64,000 nt of DNA from Ginglymostoma cirratum (taxonomy: Eukaryota): assembly GCA_024137785.1 (NCBI GenBank), contig JAHRHZ010000084.1, forward strand, positions 7,406,093 through 7,470,092, given 5' to 3'. The notes below the pieces were generated by a model that had not been told where the DNA came from, did not search any database, and worked only from the letters and a program-made list of their open reading frames with translations. The translations under genes were made by a program, and so were the position numbers. The number at the start of each line of letters is the position of its first letter. Within the stretch, counting starts at the first letter, position 1. Shown piece after piece: positions 39,201 to 51,639 of the stretch.

Positions 39201-42200
39201 AAATGGGAAAAGAATCAAGATATTCCTGAAATTTTTACCGAGTAAAATGAAATTACAACTAAAATGTTCTGTGACAATCCCTTCTAGATCCTCTGCAACA
39301 TACCCTGAATATGTGAAAATAGCGATATGTTCGCCTGGTTTGTCAGCACTGTGAATTCGAACTCTCTCGCCCTAAACGTCTACTCCTCTCTAACTGTCTC
39401 GTTTTCCACGCTCCCTAAAATCTGCCTTAACTTGTTCTGACACATAATGGAGAACAGCAGATGCTAGAAATTTGAACTAAAACGATAAATTTCTGGAGAA
39501 ACTCTGCAGTACTGCCAGCATCTCTGGAGAGAAGGCACAGTTAATATTTCAGTGACCGTTTTACAGAACTGATAACAGCTAGAAAAAAGTGGTAGTTACG
39601 CCGAAGACAGGTTTAAGGTGGGGGCGGAGACGGAGCCTAGAGGAATTGACAGTTGGGCAGGCAAACGGATGGGTGATAACACGTCAGGAAGAGTGAAAAG
39701 CTGCAAATGGGGACCATGAGTCCGTGAAATTATGTTGGCTGTTTTGAAAGCAGCTCATGTAATGGCAGGACGTGGGGTGTGGGGATGGGTAAAGGACATG
39801 GAAGGAATATTCAGGGCCTAAAATTATTGACTTCATTGTTGAGTCCTGAAAGCTGCAGGTCCGCATGCGGAAAATGAGTTGCTGTTCCTCCAGCTTGCCC
39901 TGAGCTTCGTTGGAGCAGAGCAGCAGTCCCGAGGCAGAATTGTTGGCTGGGAGCATGGCAGTCTGTTGATGAGGCAAAAGGTTGGCAGATCAGGGGACAT
40001 TTTTGGAGACAGAACATAGGTGTTCTGCAAACCAGTCTGTGTTTCGTCTCCCCAGTGTAGAGGTGACCACATTATGAGCAACGAATATGGTTGAGTGAAG
40101 TGCAGGCACATCCCTGTTCCACCTGGAATGTGCATCTGAGACCTTGGATAATGATGGTGGAAAAAGTAAACAGGCAAGTGTTCCACCTTCTTTGCTTGCA
40201 TGGCAAGGTGATTTGGAAGTGTAAGGGGCTATTGTGAGTGGAGGATGAGTGGGCAAGGGTGGCAATATCCTGACAAAGGAGGGAGGACGAATGTTTGTCT
40301 GCTGGCCGCATCCCATAGAAGGTATCATAAATGATGAGCGTTGATCTTTCTCTTGGAAATTGAGGACAAACAGAACCCTATCATTATTGAGGGAGTGAAG
40401 AAGATGAGTGAGGGCAGAAGTGTGGGAGATGGATCAGACATGGTTGAGGGCTGTCTTAAGCACGGTAGCAGGGAATCCACAGTTGAGAAAACATGGTGGA
40501 CATTTCTGTGACATGAAGGTAGCATCATCAGAACAGGCGTGCTGTACATGGAAAAACTGGGAGAACAGAATGAAGTCTTTACAGGAATTGGCGTGTGAAA
40601 ATGAATAGTCCATGTAAATGTGGAAGTGCTTGGGCTTGTACTAAATACCGGTGGCCAGCCTAAGCTGGATTGGAAACACAAATGTCGAAGAAGTGATGTG
40701 GGGAATAAGAGATGGACTGGGTTAAAGTGAGAGCAGGGTGGAAATTGAAAACAAAATTGATAGCTTTTTCCAGGTTTGGATGACAGTGGGAAGCAGCACC
40801 AATGAAGTCATTGATGAACCAGAGAAAGAGTTGTGGGAGGGACCTGAGTGGGATTGAAACACTGAATGGTCCATGTACCCATCAAGGAGACAGCCATAAC
40901 TGAAGATTATGCCGGTATCTTGGCCAAACCTTTGATTTGAAGAAGCTGCGAGGAATTAAAGGAAAAGTTGTTCAAAGTGAGGACGAGCTTGCCAGGTGGA
41001 GGGTGTGGTGGATGGTTACGGTTCAGTCCTTTTCTCCAAGGAGAAGGGTTTCCTTAAAACCATCATAATAGTGATGGATGTGTAAAGGGATTGCACATCC
41101 ATAGTGAAGATGAGGCAGTTGCTGCCACAAACTGGAAATTCCAAGCTGATGTAAAGTGTCACAACAATCATGGATGTAAGTGGAAAGGGACCTGAGAAAG
41201 GGGTAAAATATTGAATCAAGGTAGGAAAAGATAAGGTCTGAGTGGCAGTAACAGGCAGAAACAATTGAAACCCCCAGGAAGTTATATTGCTGGATTTGAG
41301 TTAGAAGGTAGAAGCAGGCTCTATATGTTGGTGGAGTATGAGTTGGAAGTCTATGGCAAGGAGACTACCAGATTCCCAGCCCATTTACTTCCTCCCTCCT
41401 CGCGATCTAATCCTCCAGACACAACGTCCACGTGAAGCAGTGATTTATCTTCACGTCACTCTGTTCATTGATAACAGTGTGGTCTCCTGTACACTGTGGA
41501 GACAAAACACGCACTGGGCAATTGCTTTGCAGAAAACCTTCATTCTGTCCTCAAAAATGACATTGAACTTCCAACTGTCTGCCATTCAACACACCTCCAT
41601 GCTCCTTGACCGACATTTCTGCCTCAGGCCTGCCGCAGAGTTCTAGCAAGCCTCAGCACAAGCTGGAAGAACAGTGTTTCATTTTCAAATTGGGGACATT
41701 GCAGCCGTCATAATCAATATCGAGTTCAATAATTTTAGTGTCGGAATACTGCTCCCATGTCCTTTACCCACCCTCGCGCCCCAGGTCCTGCCAATGACAC
41801 GAGCCGCTTTCAAAAGAGCCAAGCCATTTTCATCTAGTTATGATCACTATTTTCAGTTTTTCTGTCTTCCTGGCATGTTGTCATCCATCCCTTTGTCTGA
41901 CCACTTGTTGTGTTCTCTCTTTTGGCCTCCATCTCTGCCCATCCGCTCACTTTTCCCCCCTCCCACTTCCTACACCGTCTGAGTTTCCCCAGCAGTTTCT
42001 GTTTCTGATCCACGCGTTCTAATGTGCTTTATGTGGCTGGTTTGTGTTTGATGACGGTACTCTGGAGTGCAATGGATGGTTTGTCATGGCAAAGGAGTTA
42101 AATAAATGCAAGGTGCGTGTATCAATTGCCAAAAGTTACAGTAGGTGTTAAACCTGATTAAGTGTTTCAGCTGGTGCTGACGTAACGCGACCAGATTAGT

Positions 42201-45200
42201 AACGTGTAAGAGTTTTTCCTCTTAAGAAACAACCTAAAGGGAAGATTCCTGAGTCTCTATGGAATTGTTGCCTTCATATATTTTATTATGGGTTAGGGGC
42301 TGGTTCGTCATTTCATACACATTATAATTCTTGTACACACGCTAACCATTGAAATAATAGGGATCAATTTCTATTGACATTTATTGAATGTTATCGTCCT
42401 GGGATACTGCTTTGCAGACCACCCTCCTGTATCTGATCCACGATTCTCTCTGTTTAAATCTCGCTGTATTCTGCAGTTCTTACTCAAATATTATTGATCC
42501 TGTAGGTGAAGATCTCAATTATCTGCTGATCTCTAGATGGGCAGGTGGCATGCTGGCAATCTTACTATTGGTAATCATTTTGACAAGACTCGAATTAAAG
42601 GCATCAGCTGGTAAGAACTTTTGCTGCTTTGCTGAATATTTTTATTTTCCAAGACACAATCATACTTGTTGGAGACATAAAGAGCAGAAGAAAGTGATTA
42701 ACTATAGAGGAATAGTGAGCACTTTCCGACATCTTTAAATACTGAAATTGATATCACAAGTAGTTATGTGATTAGCAATTCAACATGACAATATAAACCG
42801 GATTTATTTCAAACCCTCGTTTGACTGTTTACTCGAATCATACACAACCCTCCAGTTCTAAAACTGGCAGTGTAACTGTATTCATTTTAAAGTGATATCA
42901 GAGTAGCCAACTGGAATAACTGCACAGAGGCTGGCATCCCGTTACAGAGTCACCCTTTATTTACATGTGCACCGTAGACTAGCTGTGGCCATCCAGCTCA
43001 GAGACAGTCCCTGAAGTGAGGAGATCCTGAATCCCTTGTTTTTTTTAAACTTTTATAGGTGTGCAAATAACATTATTTACATACCACCACCAGGAAAAAC
43101 ACCAATGTGACGAAAGCATCAAGATCAAGCAGAGCCCTGAGGGGCAATACCTGCATGAGAGAAAAAATAAGTGACGGTGGGAGTAGGAATCAAATCAAAA
43201 TACAGCTTGTGAGGGGAAATAAGGCACTGCACAGTCCGCGGTGCCCACTTCTCCCGAAAGGCATCAAGAGCGCCGGTGCGCATCACGTACTCCTTCACCA
43301 GGATCACCCAGGCGCGGACGTAGCCACAGAACTGGGGCAGGCATTCGGACATAACGACCACCTCCAAGTCCCGCTGGCTGGACCTATTAATGTCCAGCTT
43401 CGCCAGGCCCAGGAGCAAACCCACGAAAATTTCCTTTGGCCGGCTTCGCCCCCCTCCGCAACGGATGCCCAAAGATCAGGAACGTGGGGCGGAAGTGCAG
43501 CCCAAAAACACAAAAGGAGGTCTTTCAGGTAATTCAAAAGGGCGTGGAAGCGCCCCCACCCAATATATACACGATCCACCGGCTCCACAGACAGTTGGTC
43601 CGGGTGTCCATGAACCAAAATAATCTGCGTTTACACGGGACCGCTGCATGCAACCCCTCCATCACCGATCCCCGAGGGAAAGGGGAAGGACTCCTGCGTA
43701 GAGGGCCTTCCACTGGGGATCCCCGCCGCCTGGTGACAAATGAGCGTTGCAAGGCGTTTCGAGGTATGGGATGAAGGAGAAGAGGTGGATGGTGTGCATC
43801 AGCAGTCTGTGCATGGTTTGCCGTTTCACATCTTCTAAAGATACAAATGTGAAATTCCGGAGATGGCTCAAGTTGTGGGACACAGGCTCCCCGGGGAGGT
43901 ACGGGATTCTGGGTCCAGTCTGAAATTCCATCTGAGGAGGGGTACGCACAGACGGGATCCCACCGCACACTTGAGCGTCCACCAGTTGGTGCACAACATA
44001 AGAGTCCGAGCACCGCCGTTTTAAGGCATTGAATGACGACTGTGAATCGGACGTCTACCACAGCTCTGCATGCCAATTCCTGTGGCAGCGTCCAGCCCAG
44101 ATCCCCGCCACCCAGCACATCCCCGACTCTTGTCACTCCCGCAGCCACGGCCCTCCCCTCCAACAGCCAATCGAACTGGCGACGACGGAGGTGCTAATTC
44201 CTGAGCAGTGGCACACCTGCCGGTGGTAGGCGCGATGTGACTCAACCATGTTCCAGACAGTGTTCAGGTCATAAGACCAGACATAGGAGCAGAAACTGCC
44301 CATTCAGCCCATTGAGTCTACTCCGCCATTCAATCATGGCTGATAAGTTTCTCAACCCCATTCACCCGCTGTCTCCCCGTAACCCTTGATCCCCTTAACA
44401 ACCAAGCACCTGTCTATCTCCACATAAATTTACTCAATGACCTGGCATCCACACCCTTCTGTGGCAGTGATTTCCATGGATTCACCATCCTCTGACTAAA
44501 GAAGTTTCTCCTTATCTCTTGATTTAAAATGTCTTTACTTTTAGGCTGTGCCATTAGGTCCTAGTCTCTCCTACCAATGGAAACATTTTCCCAACATTCA
44601 TTCACTGTTCTGTAATTTTAACTTAGATCCCCCCTCATCCTTCTAAACTCCATCGAGTATAGACCCAGAGTCCTCAAACGCTCCTCATATGTTAAGTTTT
44701 TCATTCCTGCCACCATTCTCACGAACCTCCTCTGAACCTGTTCCAGGGCTAGTACATCTTTCCTGAGATATGGGACCCAAATCTGTGAGTAATACTCTAA
44801 ATGTGGCCTGGCCAGAGCCTTATACAGCCTCAGAAGTACATCCCTGCTTTTATATTCAAATCCTCTCAAAATATATGCCGAAGTTCTGTTTGACTTCCTA
44901 ACTACTGACTCAACCAGCAAGTTTACCTCGAGAGAATCCTGGAGAAGAACTCTCAACTCTCCTTGCACTTCAGACTTGTGAATTTTCTCCCCATTTAGAA
45001 AATATTCCATTCATCTCTTCTTACCAAAGTGCATGGGCTCACAATTTCCCACATTGTACTCTATCTGCCACTTGTTTGCCCATTCTCCTAACCTGTCCAA
45101 ATCTTTCTGCAACCTCCCTGCCACCCCAACACTACGTGTCTCTTTACCTAACTTTGTGTCGTCTGCAAACTTAGCCAGAATGCCCTCAGTTCCTTCATAT

Positions 45201-48200
45201 AGATCATTAATGTATAAAGTGAAAGGTTGTGGTCCCAACACTGACCCTTATGTAACACCACTCGTCACCAGCTGCCATTCTGAGAAAGACCCTTTTAACC
45301 CCACTCTCTGCTTTCTGCCAGACAGCCAATCTTCTATCCATGCTAGTACCTTGCCTCTAACACCCTGGGCCCTTATCTTACTCAGCAGCCACCTGTGCAG
45401 CACCGAGTCAAAGAACTTCTTGAAGTCCAGATAGGTGACATCTATTGGCTGTCCTTGGTCTAACCTACTCGTTATTTCTTCAAAGAATTCTAACAGATTT
45501 TTCAGGCATGACCTCCCCTTAACAAAACCGTCCTGACTTTGTCCTATTTTACCAAGGACTTCCAAGTATTCAGAAATCTCATTCTTCACAATAGACTGGA
45601 AAATCTTACCCACAACAGAGGTTACGATAATCAGCCTGTAATTTTCAGTCTTTTGCCTGACTCCCTTTTTAAATAGGGGTGTCACGTTCGTGATTTTCCA
45701 GTCCTCTTGGGATCCTCCCTGACTCTGGCGATTCCTGAAAGATCACTCCTAACACCTCCACTACCTCTTAAGCTATCTCCTTAAGAATTCTGGGGTGTAG
45801 TGCATGTGGTCCTGGTGATTTACACACCCTCAGGCCTTTCAGTTTTTCTCGCACCTTCTCCTGGGTGATGGCCGCCATCCTCAGATCTGTTCCATGACTC
45901 TCAAATTTTTGGGAGATTACTCATGTCTTCCACTGTGAACAGAGACTTAGCTGCAAGTGGATCCGAATTGGGAGCTGATTATCAAAGGATATACATCTCA
46001 TTGAAAACATAGGCGGATGGGAAGAGGTGGTGGTGTTGCCTTATTAGTCAGAAATGAAATTAAATCAATCTTAAGAAATGAAGTAGGGTCAGACGGTATA
46101 GAATCTGTGTGGGTAGAGTTGACGAATCACAGGGGTAAAAAGAAATCACAGTTGGAATTATGTATAGGCCTACAAACAGTAGTCAGTAATTTGCAGTAAT
46201 TATTCAGTTCCTCAGCCATTTCCTTATTTCTCACTACTATCTCCCCAACGCCAGTTTCCATCAGTCCAATGTCCACTTTTGCTTCTCTTTTGCTCTTTAT
46301 ATATCTGAAGAAACTCTTACAGTCCCCCTTTATATTATTGGCTGGCTTACTCTCATGTTTAAACTTCTCCCTCCTTATTTCTTTTTTTGTTGATTTCTGT
46401 TGATCTTTGAAGGTTTCCCTTTTCTCTGGTGTCCCACTGCCCTTTGCCACATTATTTGCTTTCTCTCTTGATTTATGCTATCCTGACTTCCCTAGTCAAC
46501 CGTGTTTGCCTCATTGTCCGTGAACCATGCTTCTTTTTCTTAGGGATGATTTTTTTGCTGTATCTCCTGAATTACTCCTAGAAACTCTTGACATTGCTGT
46601 TCTGCTGTCTTTACTGCAGGGGTCCTCTCCCAGATAATTCTGCCCAGTTCCTCCCTCGTGCCTCTGTAGTTGACTTTATTCAGCTGTAATACCATTACCT
46701 CTGATTCTATCTTCTCCCTCTCAAATTTCAGAGTAAGTTGAGTCATATTATGATCACTGCCTCCTAAGGTTTCCTTCACCTTAGGCTCCCTTATCAAGTC
46801 TGCCTCATTGCACAACACTAAATCCAGTATTACCTGTTCCTGAGTGTGTTCCACCACAAGTTGCTCCAAAAAGCCATCTCGTAGACATTCCACAAATTCC
46901 TCTTCTTGCAATCCAGTACCAACCTGATTTTCCCAGTCCACCTGCATATTGAAATCCCCCATGATCACCGTAACTTTGATTTTTGTTACATATCTTCTCT
47001 ATCTCCTTGTGTATCTTGCGCTTCAGCTCCTAACTACTGTTTGGAGGCCTGTAATGATCTTTGTTTACCTCTGTGGTTCGTCAACAGTACCCACGCAGAT
47101 TCTATACCATCCGACCCTACTTCGTTTCTTACAATTGATTTAATTTCATTTCTGACGAATAAGGCAACCCCATTCTCTCTGCCCACCTGTCTATCTTTTC
47201 AATAAGCTGTATATCCTTCGATATTCAGCTCCCAATCCCGATCCCCTTGCAGCCATGTCTCTGTCATGCCCACCACTTAATATTGACCAGCACTGCAAGC
47301 TCATTTACCTTATTTCTTATACTGTGTGCATTCAGGTATAACACCTTCAGTCCTGTATTAACTGTCCCACTTCTCATTGTCACTTGTTTAACCAGTGTGC
47401 TTGAAGTATGATTTCTAACCCCTTCCGAACACTCTGTCCTATTTGTGTCTGTGCTGGAGAATTAAATAACCTCTCCTAAATTTTCCTTTCTGGACATTTT
47501 TTTCCTCATATTTTTCAATACAGTGAAATCTACCCCTGCAGATGTTAGCCTGCAGCTTTGTTCCCCACTGAGGGATGTTTTACCCTTCCCTTCCTCTCAC
47601 ACCCCACTTTCTGGTTTAATGTCCCATTGACCAGCCTATTTACCCTTTTCACCAGAACATTGGTCCCAGCTCGGCTCAGATGGAGACCATCCCAACGGTA
47701 CAGATCCCTCCTGTTCCAATACTTATGCCAATGCCCCATGAAAAGGAACCCCTCTTTCCTGCACCACACTTTTAGCCATGTGTTTACTTCCCTTATTCTC
47801 GAGTCCCCATGGCAATTTGCACGTGGCTCAGGCAGTAATCCAGAGACTATAACCTTGAGGACCTGCTCCTTAATTTCATTCCTAGCTCCTGATTCACAGT
47901 GAACAGGTCCTCTTTCCTAGTCTTGCCTATGTTGTTTGCTTTGATGTGGACCACAACAACTGGATCCTCTCCCTCCTTCTCCAATATCCTTTCCAGCTGG
48001 TCATAGATATCCCTTACCCGGGCAACGGGCAAGCAACACACCATACAGGACTGTTAATCCTGCTTACAAAGCATACTATTTATTCCCCTGACTATAGAAT
48101 CCCCTCAACTACCACTTGTATTTTTGCTACCCCCGTGATTGGCGTCTCGAGCCACGGTGCAGTGGTCAGTTGTGTCATCCTCCCTGCAGCCCTTTTCCTC

Positions 48201-50976
48201 ATCTATACTGGGAACAAGTACCTTGCACCTGGTGGACAAGGTCAAGAGCTGAGAATCCTCTGTTCCTGAATGCACAATCCCTCTACCTGCCTCACTTGCA
48301 GTCATACCCTGCTAACCTTGGCCACTGACCAAATTTGAAGCACTTAATCTGCCAGGTGTGACTGCCTCCTGAAACATAGCGTCCAGGTACTTCTCCCCCT
48401 CCCGGATATGCCACAGTATTTGAAGCTCAGATTCCAGCTCATCAACGCTGAGCTGAAGTTCCTCGAGCAGACAACATTTGTTGCAGATGAGGTCACCATT
48501 GTTCACAATGGGATCAGCCAGCTCCCACATCATACAGCGACAACACATCAGCCATTTCCAGTTGGTTAATTACTTCATTGAATTAATTAAATTGATTGAT
48601 ACTTCTTGGCTGTGTTCTTTCGCAAATTTAATGCAAATTTGGGTTCTGGTAAAAGACATGCAGCATCCTGAGAGCGACATCCAAACTGTCACAGTTGATA
48701 AATAGGAGCTAGGTGTTGTAGTTGAGGTTACACACCCAGCAGAAAAAATACGTTGCCAGGGCACAACCCCTAGGAGGAGGCTCAATACAAAGGTATTGCT
48801 GTAAGGTCTGAAGGCAAAAAATCACCATCTGCGTGTGGATACACACCAGTGACTGACTGCCCTGCTCAGTAGGCAGATTCAGAACCTGTGCTGCAACCCA
48901 GTGCATCTTTTTGTCCTAGGAGAAGTGGACCAACGTTCTCTGGATTTCAGCAACAAAACCAGGAGGATGGACCAAAGGGACAAGATAGTACCACAACGTG
49001 GAGGCCACCAGCTGGCTTATGACGAGCACTCGACTCCTAAAGACAGCACTCCAAGCAGCCCTGTCCAGAGGCCTAGGCAAGGTGAGAATTTGACCTTCAG
49101 CTCCTGCTAATTCGCCAGCCAGGATTCCACGGCCCAGCTAAGGTGGACCCCCAGATAGAGGAAATGGATGGTGCTCCAGCTGAACCCCCGCAGATCCTCC
49201 GGCAGAGAGTCCACCCACCATGGACCAACCAGGAGTCTGGAACATTTAGCCCAGTTAATCCCGGCGGGAGACCAGCCGCTGAGTACACCGCCTGGCACTC
49301 TCTCATCCTCCCCAGTTCAAACGGGTCAGTGAAAGTGAGGAGCACATCGTCGGCGTAAACCAAAAGGACCACGCCCGTAACAGGCCCGCGCAGAACCAGT
49401 CCCAACAATCACCTCCGCAAGAGGCACAGAAAAGGCTCCACGCACAGGGAGCACAAGTGGCCGGACAAAGGGCAGAACCTGAGGCACCCCTCTCTTGAAG
49501 CGAAGGGGCGCCAACAGGGACCCTTTAACATTAACCAGATACTCTGCGGTGGTGTACAAAAGTCGGATCCATGCGATGAACTGCATCCCGAACCCGAATG
49601 CTTGCAGAGTGCCGAGTAGGCACTCATGATCGACCCTGTCAAATGCCTTCTCCTGATCCAGAGACAGGAAGGCGCTTGGTAAACAAGCTTTTCAACAAAA
49701 ATGAACCAGGTCCCAGACCAGGTGGATGTTGTCATGAATCCTCCGGACTGGGACAGTGTCCAACTGGTCCAGGTGGATCACGTGGGCCAGAACGGAAGCC
49801 AGGCGAGTAGCCAACACCATGGTGAAAATGTTGTAATCATGCTGAGGAGGGAAACCGGACGCCAGTTTTTGAGAGAAAATAGGTCGCCCTTCTTTGGCAG
49901 CAGCACCATGACTGCCCTGCAAAGGGGCAGCTGTCCGGCCTTAGTACACTCTGCCAGGACCTGCATGTAGTCGCCCCACAGGACATCCCAGAATGCCGTG
50001 AAGAACTCCACAGTCAGCCCATACAGATTCAGGGACTTGCCCCTCACACCTGTTTATATTGGTCAGCCAGGGCTCCCTTATTGGCCCAGGCTAACAATGC
50101 CAATCAAAGATCAATCAATACGATCCGCCTAGTTCCAATCACTACGCCAACCCGTTTCACCTTATTGCTAGATTTTACCTCCAAAGTAATTTCACAATGC
50201 AAACTGGACTGTCAATTCACTGTACTATAAGAGAAAGGATCTACCCTGTTGTGAATAGCGCCAAGGTAGCATTTGGGAAGATAATATACTCCACACTGAA
50301 CTGTAACTGTTGGTAATGCAGGTCACCCTTGTCGCCTGTGCACTCAGTAAATTATTCCCACAAACATTCATATTAGATAAAGCACAGGTAGTCCAAACAG
50401 TCCCTCCAGACTCTCCATCATTCAATAAAGTTATGGCTGATCACTTAGTGTTTCGAATTTCACATTTGAAAATATTCCCATTTCATTCCCCTTGTCTAGC
50501 AAGAATCTCAGTACTTCTGCTTTTAAAATATTCAACCATCATCTTCTGGAGCAGAGTTCCAAACTGGCACTATTTTCTTAGTCAAAAGAAACCCTCCTCA
50601 TCTCTGTCCATAAAGGGAAAACTCGAATTGCTAGACCGTATCAAATGGTTCTGGATACACCCACAAGAGAAAATATTCTTTCTATGTCCACCTTGTCAAA
50701 ATGGTTCAGCGTCTGACACACTACAGCCAGGTGACGCCCCACACTGCCAAAATCCAGTGGAAAGAAGCACAGTCTATATAATTATCCTCATAACACAACC
50801 CGTTCATTATTAGTGTCAATCGAGTATAACTTCTCTGACCGGCTCCAACATATTCATTTATTTGTTGTTATATTTGTGTTTTTACAATTTACAATCAATA
50901 TAATTTTCTTTTCTTTCCTTTAGATGTTAGAAGATATTCTGCGAAAGTGGATGAAGCTCAATACCTGGTAAGGTGA
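36181..50976 (+). CDS. Spliced gene model: IgSF membrane receptor, leader-VJ-C1-TM(Arg)-short tail, about 272 aa (SIRP/NKp30-like architecture; family not assigned)
   Basis: Exons 36181-36241, 36591-36896, 38770-39063, 42506-42610 and 50924-50976 are joined by GT..AG introns, all phase 1. They total 819 nt with no internal stop. The 3' end is uncertain because there is also a GTAAGG donor after 50967. Confidence 0.8.
36591..36896 (+). CDS. Ig V-set exon with a germline-encoded J-like segment (VJ domain)
   Basis: Polypyrimidine tract plus TAG acceptor at 36571-36590 and G|GTAAG donor. Protein has B-strand Cys (SIFC), C-strand Trp (VYW), DAGVYFC and GDGGGTQLTV (GxGTxLxV). Confidence 0.93.
37756..38089 (+). 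mobile_element. tRNA-derived SINE
   Basis: A-box-like TGGCCTCGTGG, B-box-like GTTCAAATC, core ctacatgtgactccag..gcaatgtggttgactcttaa and an A-rich tail. Confidence 0.8.
38770..39063 (+). CDS. Ig C1-set exon, intact
   Basis: Acceptor TTTTTTCCTTCAAG and donor CAG|GTAAG; 294 nt, phase 1-1. Motifs LVCKTAACYPEPVRISW, DGLYEVSSSL and YTCLVSHVSL match the C1-set pattern (Cx4[F]YP, W, DGxY, YxCxVxH). Confidence 0.93.
39440..42020. mobile_element. Degenerate Penelope-like element with an inverted arm (minus to about 41365, then plus)
   Basis: Minus-strand remnants such as GKLEEQQLIFR and HWGDETQT; the same GIY-YIG region recurs on the + strand at 41420-41760. Confidence 0.7.
42506..42610 (+). CDS. 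Transmembrane exon with an N-terminal Arg, intact
   Basis: CCTGTAG|...CTG|GTAAG; 105 nt, phase 1-1. Encodes GEDLNYLLISRWAGGMLAILLLVIILTRLELKASA. Conserved as an ORF in three copies in the window. Confidence 0.88.
43040..44269 (-). mobile_element. Tx1-like (L1 clade) LINE, 3' part
   Basis: AGVTRVGDVL and LLLGLAKLDINRS...FREKWAP; T-run at 43039-43046 is the poly(A) end. GC-rich relative to its surroundings. Confidence 0.8.
44270..48641 (-). mobile_element. Near full-length degenerate CR1 LINE (ORF1 zinc-finger/esterase; ORF2 APE endonuclease and RT)
   Basis: ORF1 pieces CCRCMMWE..ICNKC, VVVHIKANNIG, WDGLHL. ORF2 pieces IMGDFN, ILDLVL, GSDHN, TPLFKKG..ENYR, KFADDTKL, RPHLEY. CR1-type 3' UTR near 44270. 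Many frameshifts. Confidence 0.93.
45940..46195 (+). mobile_element. Inverted CR1 endonuclease fragment inside the CR1
   Basis: + strand GRGGGVALLVRNEIK..IESVWVEL, the reverse complement of about 47030-47260. Confidence 0.8.
48642..50047 (-). mobile_element. Tx1-like LINE, RT part, 5'-truncated
   Basis: GLTVEFFTAFW, LLPKKGDL..KNWRPVSLL and VYADDV. The reading frame is continuous with the 43040-44269 piece across the CR1 (..VFYQ|DLNTVWNM). Confidence 0.85.
50924..50976 (+). CDS. Candidate cytoplasmic exon
   Basis: Strong acceptor TTTTCTTTTCTTTCCTTTAG. Phase 1 gives DVRRYSAKVDEAQYL, then either the CTG|GTAAGG donor after 50967 or read-through to VR-stop at 50976. Confidence 0.65.
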
Positions 50977-51639
50977 CAATATGTTTTCATTGAAGGCAGT
51001 TAGGACGGAATAGCAAGAAATATTGCAATCAACTGAAAGGTTTTATTGAATCATAGGCTAAAGGAGACTATTACTTCAATGTAGGTCTTTGAAAATAACT
51101 ATTCAATCAGCTCAATTCCTCACTTGTTTTCCCTAGCCCTGTATTTTTTGCACTTATAAGATAATCTCGCCTTCCTTATTGTTTTAAAATAATTTCTATT
51201 GACTCTCCTACCAGATACTCAAGAAGAGTATTTTAAAGTATAGCAGCGGTTTCCGCAAAATAAATCCTGTATTCCCTGATTATTCTGTCAGTAATTATAA
51301 ATATAACCCTCTGGATACTGACCGATCCACAACTGAAAGTATAGTATACTTACTTACTTCGAAATAACTGCACAGAAGCTGGTATCCCGTCACCAAGTCA
51401 CGCTTTGTTTACATGTGCACAGTACACTGGCTGTGGTCATGAGCACAGAGTCAGTCCTGGTTCCAAACACTACGCCAACCTGTTTCATGTTATTCACAGA
51501 TTTATCCCCAAAGTAATTTTGCAATGCAAACTAGACTGTCAATTCACCGTCCCAAAAGAGAAAGGGTCTACTCTTTTGTGAATAGCATCAAGGCAGGATT
51601 TGGGAAGACAAAATATGCTCTGCATAGACCTGCACCTTG

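Larger units (their letters stand above)
42910..50145. mobile_element. Short solo-LTR-like element split by the Tx1/CR1 insertion
   Basis: Left part 42910-43040 and right part 50050-50145, ending TTCCAATCACTAC. Absent from copy 1 at about 10095; shortened copies at 18745-18860 and 51361-51472. Confidence 0.5.

Noticed and set aside
36181-50976. Assigning the symbol SIRPA, NCR3 or NCR3LG1
   Set aside because: The architecture overlaps each only partly; orthology needs a phylogeny.
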